From: Phoronis australis
Lineage: Eukaryota > Animalia > Phoronida
Direction of reading: 5' to 3'
Assembly (NCBI GenBank): GCA_002633005.1
Contig: NMRA01000014.1
Span: 1,021,529 to 1,085,528 of the forward strand
Length of the DNA stretch: 64,000 nt
Numbering within the stretch: position 1 is the stretch's first letter; every line of letters starts with the position of its first letter. The notes beneath the pieces were generated by a model that was given only the letters and a program-made list of their open reading frames with translations, was not told the DNA's origin and did no database searches. Shown in pieces: positions 11,578-23,517 of the stretch. The translations under genes were made by a program, and so were the position numbers.

Positions 11578-12797
11578 TCATTACTCTGCGCGTGTAAGCA
11601 GGGTTTTCTTCAATTTTATTCTTATTCTTATTCTTCTTATTCTTCTTCTGACCAACTTTGAGGCTTAATAACTCCAAATTGGGTGCACGTACGGTCTTTA
11701 AATTCAGCATATGACTTTTGACAGAATATAAATTTTGATTGGTTATAGAATCATATTCCATATTGCACCGGAAGAGGTCGTTTGGTGCAAAGGTCATACA
11801 ATTTTCAAAATGCTACTCCTCCTTCAGTTTTAAAGCTATCTTTTTCAAATTCGGTGCACAGGTATAAGTCAACATGACAATTTAAAAAATTACTTTTCTA
11901 AGTAATCGGGTCATACAATCAGGTGGAATAGGTCAAAGGTCATTACGTGCAAACTAAAATTTTGAGCTAGACACTTCAAATTGACAGGTCTGATTGCCAC
12001 AGGTAAATCAAATAGGAATCCAAAGTTTCAGGTCATTTAGTGCAAACATGGGGTCATAGTTGCATTTTTCTTCTGAAAATTTGACTTTTTCAATCAGTAA
12101 GTATTCTGATGTGTCAACCGTTAGACAACTCAGCGTTAAACACATTTTCCATGGGCTTTGCAATAATTCTCCTAAAGATGCTTAAAATGCACCGGATAAG
12201 GTCAATTAGTGCAAAGGTCATGTAACGTTCAAAATGTTATATCTCTTACGTTTTTCAAGGAATTCTTTTCAATTTCAGCACACTGGTGTAAGTCAACATG
12301 CCAATTGAATACCCTACTTTACTTCGCAATAGGCCTAACCAATCAGAAAAAATAGGTCAAAGGTCATTGAGTGCAAACTAAAATTTTGAGCTAGAGACTT
12401 CAGAATTACGTATCTGTTTACTAAGTGCGATTGAGTTTGAATTCTAAATTTTCAGGTCATTTGGTGCACCCATGGGGTCATTAGGTGCATTTTTCTTCTG
12501 AAAGTTTGACCACTTCATTCATCTTGTATTCTGAAGTGCTTAAAGTAAAACATCTGTGATTATTAGCATTAACCACACTTTTAATCGAATTAACAATTAC
12601 TCCCTCATCGGGGCTCATAATGCACCGGAAGAGGTCAATTAGTGGAAAGGTCATCAAAAAATTAATATCTCCTACAATTTTTAAGAATTCCTTTTCATAT
12701 TGGTAAACGGGTTGCTGTCAGTAACTTCCCATAATAATTCCAGTAACACGCACGCGCAGAGTCAGTTATTGTCACGCCGTGACAATAATCTTTCTAG
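11578..12797 (+). mobile_element. Non-autonomous Helentron/HINE-like rolling-circle element with an internal tandem array
   Basis: Subterminal IR ACTCTGCGCGTG (11583) / CACGCGCAGAGT (12751). (TTATTC/TTC)n microsatellite near the 5' end. ~425-430 bp internal units (TGCACCGGA..AGGTC at 11764, 12188, 12621). 3' hairpin TTATTGTCACG-C-CGTGACAATAA, then CTAG|TT. Confidence 0.75.
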
Positions 12798-12836
12798 TTG
12801 CTTATTGTTGGGCCTTACAAGGTGGTCACTGTTTTT

Positions 12837-12880
12837 GCTTCTGAGGATGGTGTTTTAATGAATCCCGAAACATGTCAAGC
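12837..12880 (+). ncRNA. Putative minimal type I hammerhead ribozyme (Penelope-like element terminus)
   Basis: GCTT-CTGAGGA-T-GGTGTT...AATCCC-GAAA-CATG-TC-AAGC: conserved core, stem I GCTT/AAGC, palindromic stem III ACATGT, GUC cleavage triplet. Confidence 0.6.
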
Positions 12881-12919
12881 CAATTTAAATGGGTTGTTGT
12901 TTTTATTAATACATGCTGC

Positions 12920-12961
<42 letters not shown>
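12920..12961. repeat. (TAA)n microsatellite
   Basis: About 13-14 perfect TAA units. Confidence 0.95.
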
Positions 12962-15900
12962 CTTTATTTAAAGAGGATAAAAATACAATAAATGTAAAAC
13001 ATGCTTTAGCCAAAGGCTAATATCCAGCATGGTCCTATGCTGCTACTTGCTATCATGGAGATTTGCTAACTTATTAGGTTTTTCCTGAATACACACATTT
13101 TACAACAAAATTTCATGGTTTGCACTGAATGATCCACAAGCTATTCATGGACTACGGATTGCAGCCTGTCAGGCAGCAGTCATGAATACCATGATCAAGT
13201 AATCTTTCTGTATTTCAAAATTGAACCATAACAACCTACCAGTTGGCTTTTCATCTGTAATGTCGCATGTCGCCACAGTTTCAGTATCCAAGGTGACAGA
13301 TTTCTGGCGGGAGAAAATTTTAGCAGTGCCCACTGCATGCATCTCAATTTCTTCACCAGAAATGCCTACAATCAAACCACAATCCATGGTGACTGATTTG
13401 ACATAAGCAAAATGCCACGACAAAGCGAACACATCACATCATAGTCAGTGTTAGTCATTTAAGGGGCTTAAAACGTAAGGGTATTTATGTCATTCTCATT
13501 CACGCTGCAATAGCATTTGATGAAATACATGTAGTGAATACTAAACAATCAAAACTGTGCTTGATGTGAGCAAAACATAAGAGACTGATCACATAAACAT
13601 CACTTCATAATTAGTTGCAGAGCTATTTGCAAATTTAATTAAATTAGTAATTGAATTATAATTCTGTTTAGTGTCAAAATGTTGTTTTAAAAACAACTTA
13701 CATGGTTTCAAGGAATAACAAACAGCCAGTTCTTTGCAACAATAGAAACATGTCTCGTTTCAGTAAAGAGAAAGCTGAGACCAGTTTTACAAACAAGTGC
13801 TCTAACTCAAAGCATGTAAATACTATATTCTTCACCTATTCAGCACACAACATGGCGGATAAGTGAAAATTCATTTTGTTAAAATTCTCAACAAATTAAA
13901 GATTAAGAACATTTTACTCAGACGCAATCTTCTCTGTATTGTGAAGATTTCATAAAACAACATTTAGTCAAGTTTCCATTTACAGCAAGGCTCTCAGCTT
14001 TTACAAATTGAAAAATGACAAGCAATTACTTTTTTTTGCAGAAAGAGTGAAGACTTATCTTTTGACATCACGTGGGTTTACAAGATGTTTGACGCTCTAA
14101 TTCAGGAATTAAACGAGACACAACCCCAGTGAATAATTTTACCCAGCATATACAAACACAACATACAAACACTCATGCACATACATGTAGTTGTATGTGA
14201 CATAAACATAGTCAAGAACAACTGTTATTATTTACACGCATGTTTGTTCCTCAGTACATAACAAGAACATGTATACTGACTCGGTAATTGAATTGTTTTA
14301 AATAATTCAGTATCAAAACATTCTCTGTAAACAAGAAACAGAATCTATAATTGCAGCAATGCAGCAACCAGTAAATTAATACATGAATAACGTTGGGAAA
14401 CCTCACTGAATCAAACCTACATGTATACAAGAGTACAGAAAGCTGTTTACTGACCACTCTACCACCATTAAGCAACAAGGCATACCGCCACTGTATCAGA
14501 AAATGACTATTCGCCAATATTTGCAAGTATTATACAGAAGGATTTGAAGAACTTTATCACAAACTTATCAAATATAATAAAATGTCCCATGCCTTATGTA
14601 GCACTCATGGACACAATGATATTTAACAACAAAATATTTCTCTAGTTGTGTGCTGATCAATGACTGAAAAGGAGGAATAATGAGACACCTGAAGAATTTG
14701 GCACTTTTTCCTTTTACCAGTGTTCTCCTTTTATTATTGGCCTTTCTATGGAGAGTGCAAATTGATGCAGGCACATTCCAGAGCATGGATTTGTAGGGTA
14801 CGAGTCCTATAAGCCAGAATGCAGAACAAGCCACACAAGTGCTCATTATGATTAACGCTAAGCTGTCAGTTGATTCTGCATAGACTCCTCCAGCTAACTC
14901 ATATCTTAGCCAGTTAACTATGAACCTTTTTTTAGTCAATTCAAGAGGAGGGCCCATCTAGCCGAATTTTCGCAAATTTGAATTGTTTGACGGCTACCTC
15001 TAGCTCTAGTCCGTGTCGTAGCAGACTTCAGACCTCCTTTTCGTAGCTCTTCATTCTTGGTGTGACCAGACAATAGTTGCTTTAGTTTTAAGGCCACGGT
15101 TTGGGACTCAGTAGCTGACCCAAAAATGAAGAAAAGTGAGTGGACCAGGTGTGGCGGCAATTTTGTGGATATATTGAATGTGAAATGACTGTAATTGGTG
15201 ATATTCATTAGTTTCTTGTTGTTTTGAGTAAATTAAATCCTTTGGTCTCTGCTCTTATTTACCCGGATGCGGAAGTTGCGGTATGTTTAAAAGTAAAAAG
15301 CACAGTCTTCTTGAGAGACCTCAGAGGAGTGACAAGTGGGGGGATTTTTGGCACCCTTCAGACAAGTGGAAATCTGGTTGGCAATGACATGTCTTAACCT
15401 GCATTTCTGAGTCTAGAATGCACTAGCAATTGGATTCTTGTCCCTTCGATCTCTTGCACTAGTTTTCACAGTTACTCAGTGAGTTAGCTGGCTGGTTAGG
15501 TTAGGGGAATTACATCGCCTCTGCCGTGGCTGTGCCTGTGGTGATGGCCATAGGTAACTCGTTGGCGTGTGGCATTCAGGGCGATGTAATTGCCTGTTAC
15601 CGTGGTAGCTGTGCTGTGGACGCCAAGGGCGTACATCGTCTGTGGATGTTGCCGGCCAGCCAGCCGGCTGAGGTCTACGACTACGGATTGCATACCAGCA
15701 ATCATGGCAGTCGCGAATTTGTGGTTTGGAATACATTAAGACCAAAGCTTCAAATTTTGGATATATTTGCATATCAATTTTCTAGTGGATGTACTAGCAA
15801 GGCAAAAAGACATGGCTTTGTTGAAGTTCTTCAACTTTTAATAACCCCATCAAGTGTGCTTTCTGTAAATTATACCTTTTTTCAGGTGTCTTGAGACGAG

Positions 15901-16902
15901 GTGCAAGCAAGGACTTTTTCTGACCCAAGACCCAAGATAATGTCAAAATCAGCCGTTGTCCCTAATCAAAACAAATATTCACTGACTTTTGGTACTACCA
16001 CAGGCACCTTTAATATATATTATAGTACATTACAGCAAGTGACTGATGAAAATACCTTGGTGCTACCTTTTGAATTGTTTTATAGTAACAGCTTACTTTA
16101 ACATTTTCTCAATCACTGCCAAATTCGCCCCCTAATATTTTTTATTTTGATTGCTTGGCACCTATGACGTGCGGTAACAAGCCAACTTGCAAGGCCTCTG
16201 TCTTGAAAGCAATAATGAGACTGTCAGTTCTTGGAAGGCAGCTACTAAATAATTTGCAATTTGACTAAAGAAGAATGTGAGACAAATTTTGTAACTACTG
16301 CTAAATCAAATGTTTTGATATGATTTGGATTTATTGCTTGTTTGAACTAGAAAATTAGCTCTAACAGTACCATTAGATTTTACACTAAAATTTACACCAG
16401 TACTCCACACAGGTTACAATGCCCACTCGAAAATGCAAGTGATCGCATAATCTGCACACGTATTTTCAGATTTGCCGGTCATTCGTAAGAAGTGACAACA
16501 AAAAACGCTGAAAATCCGCTCTGTATTTTGCTTTTTCTATTCGTATTTTTGAGCGTGTACCCGGTAATGTTGAGCCCTCTCCACTCGTGCATTTACTCAA
16601 AGAAATTGTATTTGTTTTCCGTTGTTCATAGACTGTCTTTTAGATCGTTGATGAAAATCAAAGGATAGAGCTTAATCTGGTATTAAATTAGACTTTCCAA
16701 CCTCATTCTTTCTGAATAGTAAGATAATTGTTGTTAGCAGGGTAGACTGTTAGAGGGTACATTTACTGTAATATAGGTTCAGTTAACAATGTCTTGTGTT
16801 GGTTAAGATTGGTGTTCTTTATTTTTCCAAATGTTGTTCTGTTAATAAGTATGAAATGCCCATAAACCACTAGATCTTTTCTTGTTACAGAGTGTTGCAT
16901 CA

Positions 16903-17326
16903 ATGGACAGTCCAGCATCGGACACCAACCTCACACAGCTTTCAGTGATGGTGTCGCCACCTTGTGGTGATGTTGAAGAGGAGGAGGAGGAGGACTGCCC
17001 ATTCTACTTTGAATCTGATCATTTGGCTTTGAAGGCCAACAATGACTATCATGCATTACTCAGGACTGTGTGCTTGTTGGAGGTCCAAAGGGTGAAAGCG
17101 TCACATGACCTGGAACAGCTGTATCGTAGGTGTGATCAAGCATTGCAAGATCCTATTGGATTTGTCCAGAAACTGCAAAACAAAGAAGATTTAGGCTTAC
17201 CTTCTGCTCAAAGAGTAGCTGTTATTCCAGACATTGCTTGGGACAACTACACTGCAAGTGTGAATCTGACTGATTTAGGGCTGCATAAACACTCAACTAG
17301 AGGAAAGAATAAGGAAGGCGAGATTG
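16903..17326 (+). CDS. ZZZ3: ZZ-type zinc finger protein 3 (ATAC complex subunit), coding exon 1
   Basis: Acceptor ttgttacag|AGT at 16891, ATG at 16903. PFYFESDHLALKANNDYHALLRTVCLLEVQR...DPIGFVQKLQ. Donor ATT G|gtaagc. Full model: join(16903..17326,18176..18408,19076..19171,19602..19811,20368..20487,20890..20990,23370..23517) = 1332 nt, 443 aa. Confidence 0.9.
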
Positions 17327-18175
17327 GTAAGCTCAGGATATTAGCAGCTGTTTACCCATGATTGACACCCTGACATTTCTGTTGAATACACAATGTTTCA
17401 CAATCTTACCTGTTGCGTTGAAATCCATTATAAAGATAATCTCTACTGGAGGCATCTACTGAAATGCACATTCGTCAAAATCTTGCTTAATTAGAGCGGA
17501 GATGTTAAAAGTGGAGGCAGAAGATACTTCAAAGTTTTTACTTTTAATCTGACACTTTTGTGAACGTAACAGCAAAAAACTCACCTTTCCAGCCGATGTG
17601 TCGCTCAGATATTTGGGGAAAAATGTAACTTATCTGAAACAAGAACATGCGTCTAATTCTGAATATAGCTGCTGCTTCACCCGTGATTCTGCCTGTAGAT
17701 GCAGTTTCACTTATATAGGCATGATTAAATAATCACATATATGACAAGACTTCGTTGTTCATTGCTCACGTGGGATCCCTAAGACCCATGTCTAGGTGAG
17801 CTGCAGTCAGACATATCCTATGACCAAAGGAGTGCAGCCCAGTGTCCAGAATCTGGGAGTGAACAGCTATTATTGATGAGCCATACTTGCAGTCCTAAAA
17901 CTGTACCACTGTTGCGGCGAAATTTTCTGTTCACTTAATTTCTTGAATAGTTTTGAGCTTCATAATTGTATGTGCAATGCAGTTCTTTTGTTTTGTTTAA
18001 AGTGGCTAATAAGCCCAGTGGGCTGGGTGTTCAAGTAACACTGATCACTGTGACTTATAAATTTATTTTGTCTCTCTAGTGTTAGTGTGTTAGAGAATGC
18101 TTTTCATGTAGAGTGAAATCTTTCCACTTTTTACACTCGAGTGTTTTTGTTGTTCATCAGTATTATTCTTTAAAG

Positions 18176-18408
18176 GCAATCATCCCATGAAGAAGAAATG
18201 GGAACAGTTGGCTCCAGTAGGACAGGATGCGGTGATTGTACGTGGCAGGGTTAAGGATGCTTCCAAGCCTAGTACATTCAACAAGCTGTGGACAGCTGAT
18301 GAACAGAGAAGACTAGAGGAACTGTTGATAGAGTACCCCCCTGAGAGAGTTGAAGCGCACAGGTTTGCCAAGATAGCCAAGGCTCTTGGCAACAGGACAC
18401 CACAGCAA
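18176..18408 (+). CDS. ZZZ3: ZZZ3 coding exon 2 (SANT/Myb-like domain)
   Basis: [48 protein letters not shown]|gtatga. An alternative in-frame acceptor at 18161 is possible. Confidence 0.9.
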
Positions 18409-18725
18409 GTATGAGTGATGGTTAAACTCGGCCTGCTTTTCTTGTCATGTTTTATACATACTAATTGTAGCTTTGCTCTGAAAAGTTGTCCCCAGAACCA
18501 AACAATTAATAAATAAGTTTTTCAGTTCTGGGCATGCTATTGTTCAGGTGACAAGGGTGCTTTCAAAAAGTGCTTCTAATGTATTAGATTTAATTGTTGT
18601 AATTCCATAAATTGTGCTTAATATTATAAAAAATTGAAGAACCTTACTTTGCATGCCATTTTATATTTATTTCCAATGCTTATCCTGGCAGCAAAAATGA
18701 CAGTCACTGTAAACCTGATCAAATA

Positions 18726-18952
18726 GAGGAGGCAGTGTGGCCTAGTGGGATAAGCATCCGCATCCTTTACTCAAGGTTGTGGGTTTGAGTCTCACTGTGG
18801 CACACTGCTAGACCCTTGAGTCTGGTCAGCTTCTCACCACTTTTTTAACTATATATTAATAAAGCATAAAAGTGGTTCCAGGTGATCTGTGCTATGGGCC
18901 CACATGAGTGCCCTGTGAATGTCTGGTACAACGTGTACCAGACCACCTGCAA
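18726..18952 (+). mobile_element. tRNA-derived SINE copy
   Basis: A box TGGCCTAGTGG (18738-18748), decayed B box GTTTGAGTC (18783-18791). Body and tail are homologous to 10040-10250. Confidence 0.7.
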
Positions 18953-19075
18953 CAATATTCCAGTGTTGTACTCAGTTTTAAACTAATCTTAGGTATTGCA
19001 AGTCTTTTCTGTGTGACACATTTGTGGGTAACATTTTTGGTTTTTGATGTTCTCGCTTCTGCTTGGATGTTCTAG

Positions 19076-19171
19076 GTTGCCAGTAGAATTCAAAAGTACT
19101 TCTTAAAACTTGCAAAAGCCAAGCTACCCATACCAGGGCGTGTTCCGAAGTTGGGAGACCATTTTAAGAAG
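19076..19171 (+). CDS. ZZZ3: ZZZ3 coding exon 3
   Basis: ttctag|[32 protein letters not shown]|gtaagt; 96 nt. Confidence 0.92.
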
Positions 19172-19601
19172 GTAAGTTCATTTGTGCATTGGTATGGTAA
19201 AATACTATAAATTTAGGACACAATATTAATTGTGGACAGGTGAAATCTTCTCTTTTTTGGTTGCTGTCTCGTTTAATAAGACCATGTATTACTAGCAGTT
19301 ATTCTTCACTTATTTCACAATATGGCCGACAAATGAAATTCTATTTTGTTAAATTTTTGCTTGAATCTAAAGATTAACAACGTAATATATTTTTTAAATA
19401 TTGTGGGGCTGGGCAATATTTTTACCATTATTCATGTAATTATATGAACAGCAGTCTCCTGGTTTTATGTATTCTAACATTATGTTAACTTTTTTCTTAT
19501 GGTAAATTAATGGGACTTTAACTCCCTAATGTTTTAGTCAACAGGTACGAGTTTTTTACCAGGCTTGTGTACACTTGTTATGCCTCAAACATCTGTTTTA
19601 G

Positions 19602-19811
19602 ATGGGCACAAGTCGCTACCAAAAGTTTTATCACCCAGCCTCCACCTTTCTGCAATCGTATGAGCCTCCAGTGTATATGCCTGATGATGAACAAAGTGAT
19701 GAAGCTGAAGATGAGGCTGATGATGGCAGAAGTGAAGAAAATTTCCAGGCATTTAGTGCAGCAAGTAGCGTCTGCAGTGAGGATGGACCTCAAAGTATAC
19801 TGTCTGACAGG
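19602..19811 (+). CDS. ZZZ3: ZZZ3 coding exon 4
   Basis: tgttttag|MGTSRYQKFYHPASTFLQSYEPPVYMPDDE...LSDR|gtgagc; 210 nt. Confidence 0.88.
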
Positions 19812-19890
19812 GTGAGCAAGGTGTTATGGGTAAACTTTCCAGAGTTGCTTTTAAACGAGACAGTCAAAGTATGCGAGCTTGATTTTTCAT

Positions 19891-20139
19891 CAGGGCTTGG
19901 AATTTTCCTCTTTTAACAGGATTTCCTCTTTTTGGTTTCAATTTAATCTTGTATGATTTCCAGTTTCCTCTTTTTTGTCTTTTTTTATCATTATTTTGAC
20001 TTTATTCAATGCAAAAACGTTCATTTCAGTTAAATTTTACAACACAAAAATATTTCTATCACACAAGTCTTTATTTGTGGAACGATACCACCACCTGGAA
20101 ATTTTTCCTCTTTTTTGTCATTGGTCATTTCAAACCCTG
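19891..20139. mobile_element. hAT-type MITE
   Basis: TIR CAGGGCTTGGAAT / ATTTCAAACCCTG with repeated TTTCCTCTTTT subterminal motifs. No clear TSD. Confidence 0.5.
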
Positions 20140-20367
20140 TATTATAAAAAACACAGTTATCCTATATTGAAACTGATTGCTTTGTTCTTGCATGCACCTG
20201 TACTTAATTGTTGGTTGGTGTCTTTCAGCTTCCACCATCTTTGTTCAGACTTTGATTTAGTCACTGCATTGTTAACACCCTGTTTAACTTCGATTTAACT
20301 GGGCATAATGTAATGGTTACAGTCTTGTTGTAACATAGACGTAACATAGTACAGTTATGTTATATAG

Positions 20368-20487
20368 GAAGAGCAAGTCAGCTACCCTGAAAGTGTAAGA
20401 AAGTCAGAAGATTACCTGGAGCTTTTGAGGCTTAAAAAACTAAAGCAGGAAAAATTAAGAGGTCTTACCTACCACCATGGTTTTAAG
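20368..20487 (+). CDS. ZZZ3: ZZZ3 coding exon 5
   Basis: tatatag|EEQVSYPESVRKSEDYLELLRLKKLKQEKLRGLTYHHGFK|gtagtg; 120 nt. Confidence 0.88.
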
Positions 20488-20889
20488 GTAGTGTTGTATT
20501 GCCTTTGAGTGCTAATTTGCATCTATCGTGTATATAAGATAATTTAATGGATTTTTCAATAATTTGTGTTTGGCTAATGCTGTTCTTTACTACTCAACAT
20601 ATGTGACAGTTTTTAAAATCCATAAGCTTTGTTTTTAATGAAACTGTGCGACTTAAATTGCGGGAACTCTTTAAATAATGATTAGAATTGCTGTATTTAA
20701 TCACAGAAGAAAAAAGTACTCAAAAAATGTTCTGCAGCTTACAGCTCACAATTTTTCCTTCTGTGAATTGAGAGAGTTGAAAATTGAGCTTGCATATTGT
20801 TATTTTGCCAGTTAATTAATGTTTAGCATTTATTTTTATACTTCATCATTTCTTTTGTCTTCATGCTTTGTGTTCCTTCCTTGTTATAG

Positions 20890-20990
20890 TGCGATGTTTG
20901 TGATATGGACCCTATTATTGGCACCAGGTGGCACTGTCTGCAGTGTCCAGAAGAGAGCTGTGTGGACTTCTGTGACACATGTGTTGGAAG
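20890..20990 (+). CDS. ZZZ3: ZZZ3 coding exon 6 (ZZ zinc finger)
   Basis: ttatag|[35 protein letters not shown]|gtactc. Confidence 0.93.
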
Positions 20991-21166
20991 GTACTCTTTT
21001 GTTTTATTCACTCACATGTTCAATGTGTCATAACGATTTAGCATGGAGCCATGTCCTTACTTGTGACCAACTGTGCATTTTGTACTGTTGTTTTGTTGCT
21101 CTTGTTCATATATTTGTTCATGTGTTTGTGATATGACCCTTGATCTTAGCAAAAAGTGAAGTAATA

Positions 21167-21546
21167 GGGCTGTCCCGTATTACACAGCGACACTCAAATC
21201 ATGCTGTAGTTACCCACAATGCCGTAAACATACATCAGGCATTTGCTGCCTCGTTTTAGTGCCACTGGAGTTTCACATGTTTTCGTTGTGGTCTGATTCT
21301 TTACTAGTTTTTCTCAGTTGCATTACTCCATTCGTCCTTCCAATGCCAACAAAGTATTACTGCTGTGCTGTGAGCTGCAACTTTGACATGAGAAAGTTTG
21401 ATGAACTGGATAAATACCTGTGGATGTGTTATCTGAAATTCATCGGTGAGCGACACAAAATGCACCTGATTTCCAAAACAAGGTGACACGCTTTCATATC
21501 TCCGGGACAAAGGAGAGTTCTGTCGTCGTGTAATTTGGAACGGCCC
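21167..21546. mobile_element. MITE carrying a THAP-like N-terminal fragment
   Basis: TIR GGGCTGTCCCGTATTACACAGCGAC / GTCGTCGTGTAATTTGGAACGGCCC. Internal MPTKYYCCAVSCN. Confidence 0.55.
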
Positions 21547-23369
21547 TGTTGTCAGTATTGTGTTTCACTATCCTGACAGAATATTTATGATACTACAGAA
21601 CTGTGATTTATACACAAGAGTATTGTTCAGTCACGAAAGTCAACTTGTGAAATGTATACAGCGTCTTTTAGAAAATATGCCATACCAGGGCTGCCAACTG
21701 TTATGGATTTATCCATATTCTATGTTACTTTTAGTGCCTGAAAAAAAATTATACATACAGGTTTTGAACATTAATTTCTCTTCCAAAAAATCAGCTGACA
21801 GTAAAAAAAACTAAACCTCCCCCATTGCTGAAACCAAAGGAAAAAATCGTCTTTCACAACAAAATAATGGTGCTGGTTGAGTAAACTCTGATAGTGAAAT
21901 GACAGATCTGCCCTTAGATTTTCTCTGGCTGCTGTATTTATTCAAATTGAGTCCTTAAATGCCATTTAGTCCTGACATTTCAGAGATTGTGTGATCTTTC
22001 CAAAAGGTACAATGATATTTCAGAAATTTAAGTGTCAGTTGGTGAATGCATTTTTCTTTTTTTATCACTGGTCATTGCTGACACTGAAGAGTAACAGTTC
22101 AAGGTTCTGCTATGTTGTTGCAGCTATGGCATTTCCAGCATTTTGATCATTGCCTTTATGGAGTTTGTCACTACTTGCGAAATTTTTAAAGAGCAGCATT
22201 AAAGCCATGCTTTCTGTCAAAAAAAAAGTTGTTTAAGGTCACTTACCATTACAAAATTGGTCTCAAACTGTTTGTTAGTCAAATTGGAGGTGATTTCAGG
22301 GCACTTTGTTAAATGTTTTCAGATTTCGTGCTTGGTCCGAGCTAATAATGAATATTTTTTTGACATTCACATCTCTTGGGCTGGCTCACTTTTAACGTTA
22401 CTCTTGCTGCAGATCTCTCTGCCTTCAATCCTCCTTGACATGACTTGACTTTACTCATTTTTTCGCTCCACCACTGCACTCTTTTGCCCCCTAATTGGTT
22501 TTCTGTGAGGTAGTTCTCCACTCATTTCATACAAATAAGTTAGATTTATTTCATTTATTTTTCTGTAGTTGGGGTGTGTCTAACTGGCTCAATATGAACA
22601 CATCTTAGTTGCAACAAACCAACTGTCTCTAACTGCCTGTGTCTGAGTTAAACGAAATGCGGCCTATGGATAACCAACTTGATCCAATGAACAATAGTCA
22701 AGTTACTGTATCCTATTCTAATGTAGAAATTTTTATAACCTTCTATTGACCAAAATCCTCTGGGTCACCTGGTCACCTCTTGCACCCCATATTTACAACA
22801 CCATGAGATGTCACGTGTGAATGAGTGAATGACATGGTGATACAGTTTTCAGACCTTATTAACAGTTATAAAGAGGTGCTCATAGCTGGCATTTATGATT
22901 AGGCTTTGCCTTTACTTTCTCCTACTCCACAATTGGCTGTGTTATGCAAAATTACCCCCCAAGTGCCCTCGCCCTAAATAAGTGAGGTACAAAATATATA
23001 TTTTTCCATGATAGTTATAGATGTAAAAATCTAGGTGAGGATGCGTTATAGTTGAGTATTGCCGTATTTCCTTTTCATTCTCTTAATAACTGTTTTTTGC
23101 AATACTTCATTTTACTGAATACAATTGTTGTGCATTTCTTGCTTAGTCAGTGGTTTTTGCTTTCATCTTTGCATTGTGTTTGATTTTACTTCGACACTTT
23201 TGACAATTGTTCCTGAATGGTGTAATCCACACACGCAATTTTGTGTTTCCAATGAGTTCTAGGTACCTGTATTTGTATATACATTCTGAGCAGTGTAGGT
23301 GCTGATACAGAATGTCATGTTTGGTGGAAGTTGGAAACATGTGTTAAAAACATCTTACACGTTTTGTAG

Positions 23370-23517
23370 GTCGTTTGAAACTGAGAGTCACAAGTCATCG
23401 CACAGACTGGAACAGATTACAGAAGGAGCCCCAGCTCCAGTGATGGACTCGGACTACATGAGGTTCATGCCAGGGGGTTATAACTACCTTGATCCTAACT
23501 ACATGCCAGCCAGCTGA
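23370..23517 (+). CDS. ZZZ3: ZZZ3 coding exon 7 (last)
   Basis: ttttgtag|G SFETESHKSSHRLEQI...DSDYMRFMPGGYNYLDPNYMPAS*; conserved YNYLDPNY C-terminus. Confidence 0.92.

Noticed and set aside
13169-15894. Short ORFs between ZDHHC4 and ZZZ3 as a host gene
   Set aside because: No recognisable domain or consistent splice phases. Weak gag/protease-like flavour suggests a decayed retroelement, but it is too degraded to call.
10422-16903. Bidirectional promoter shared by ZDHHC4 and ZZZ3
   Set aside because: There appear to be two separate CpG-containing patches (~11000-11200 and ~16430-16600) separated by repeats. No TSS evidence.
18726-18805. tRNA gene (also 10180-10250)
   Set aside because: A/B boxes are present, but I could not fold a cloverleaf and a shared non-tRNA body follows, so it is a SINE head.
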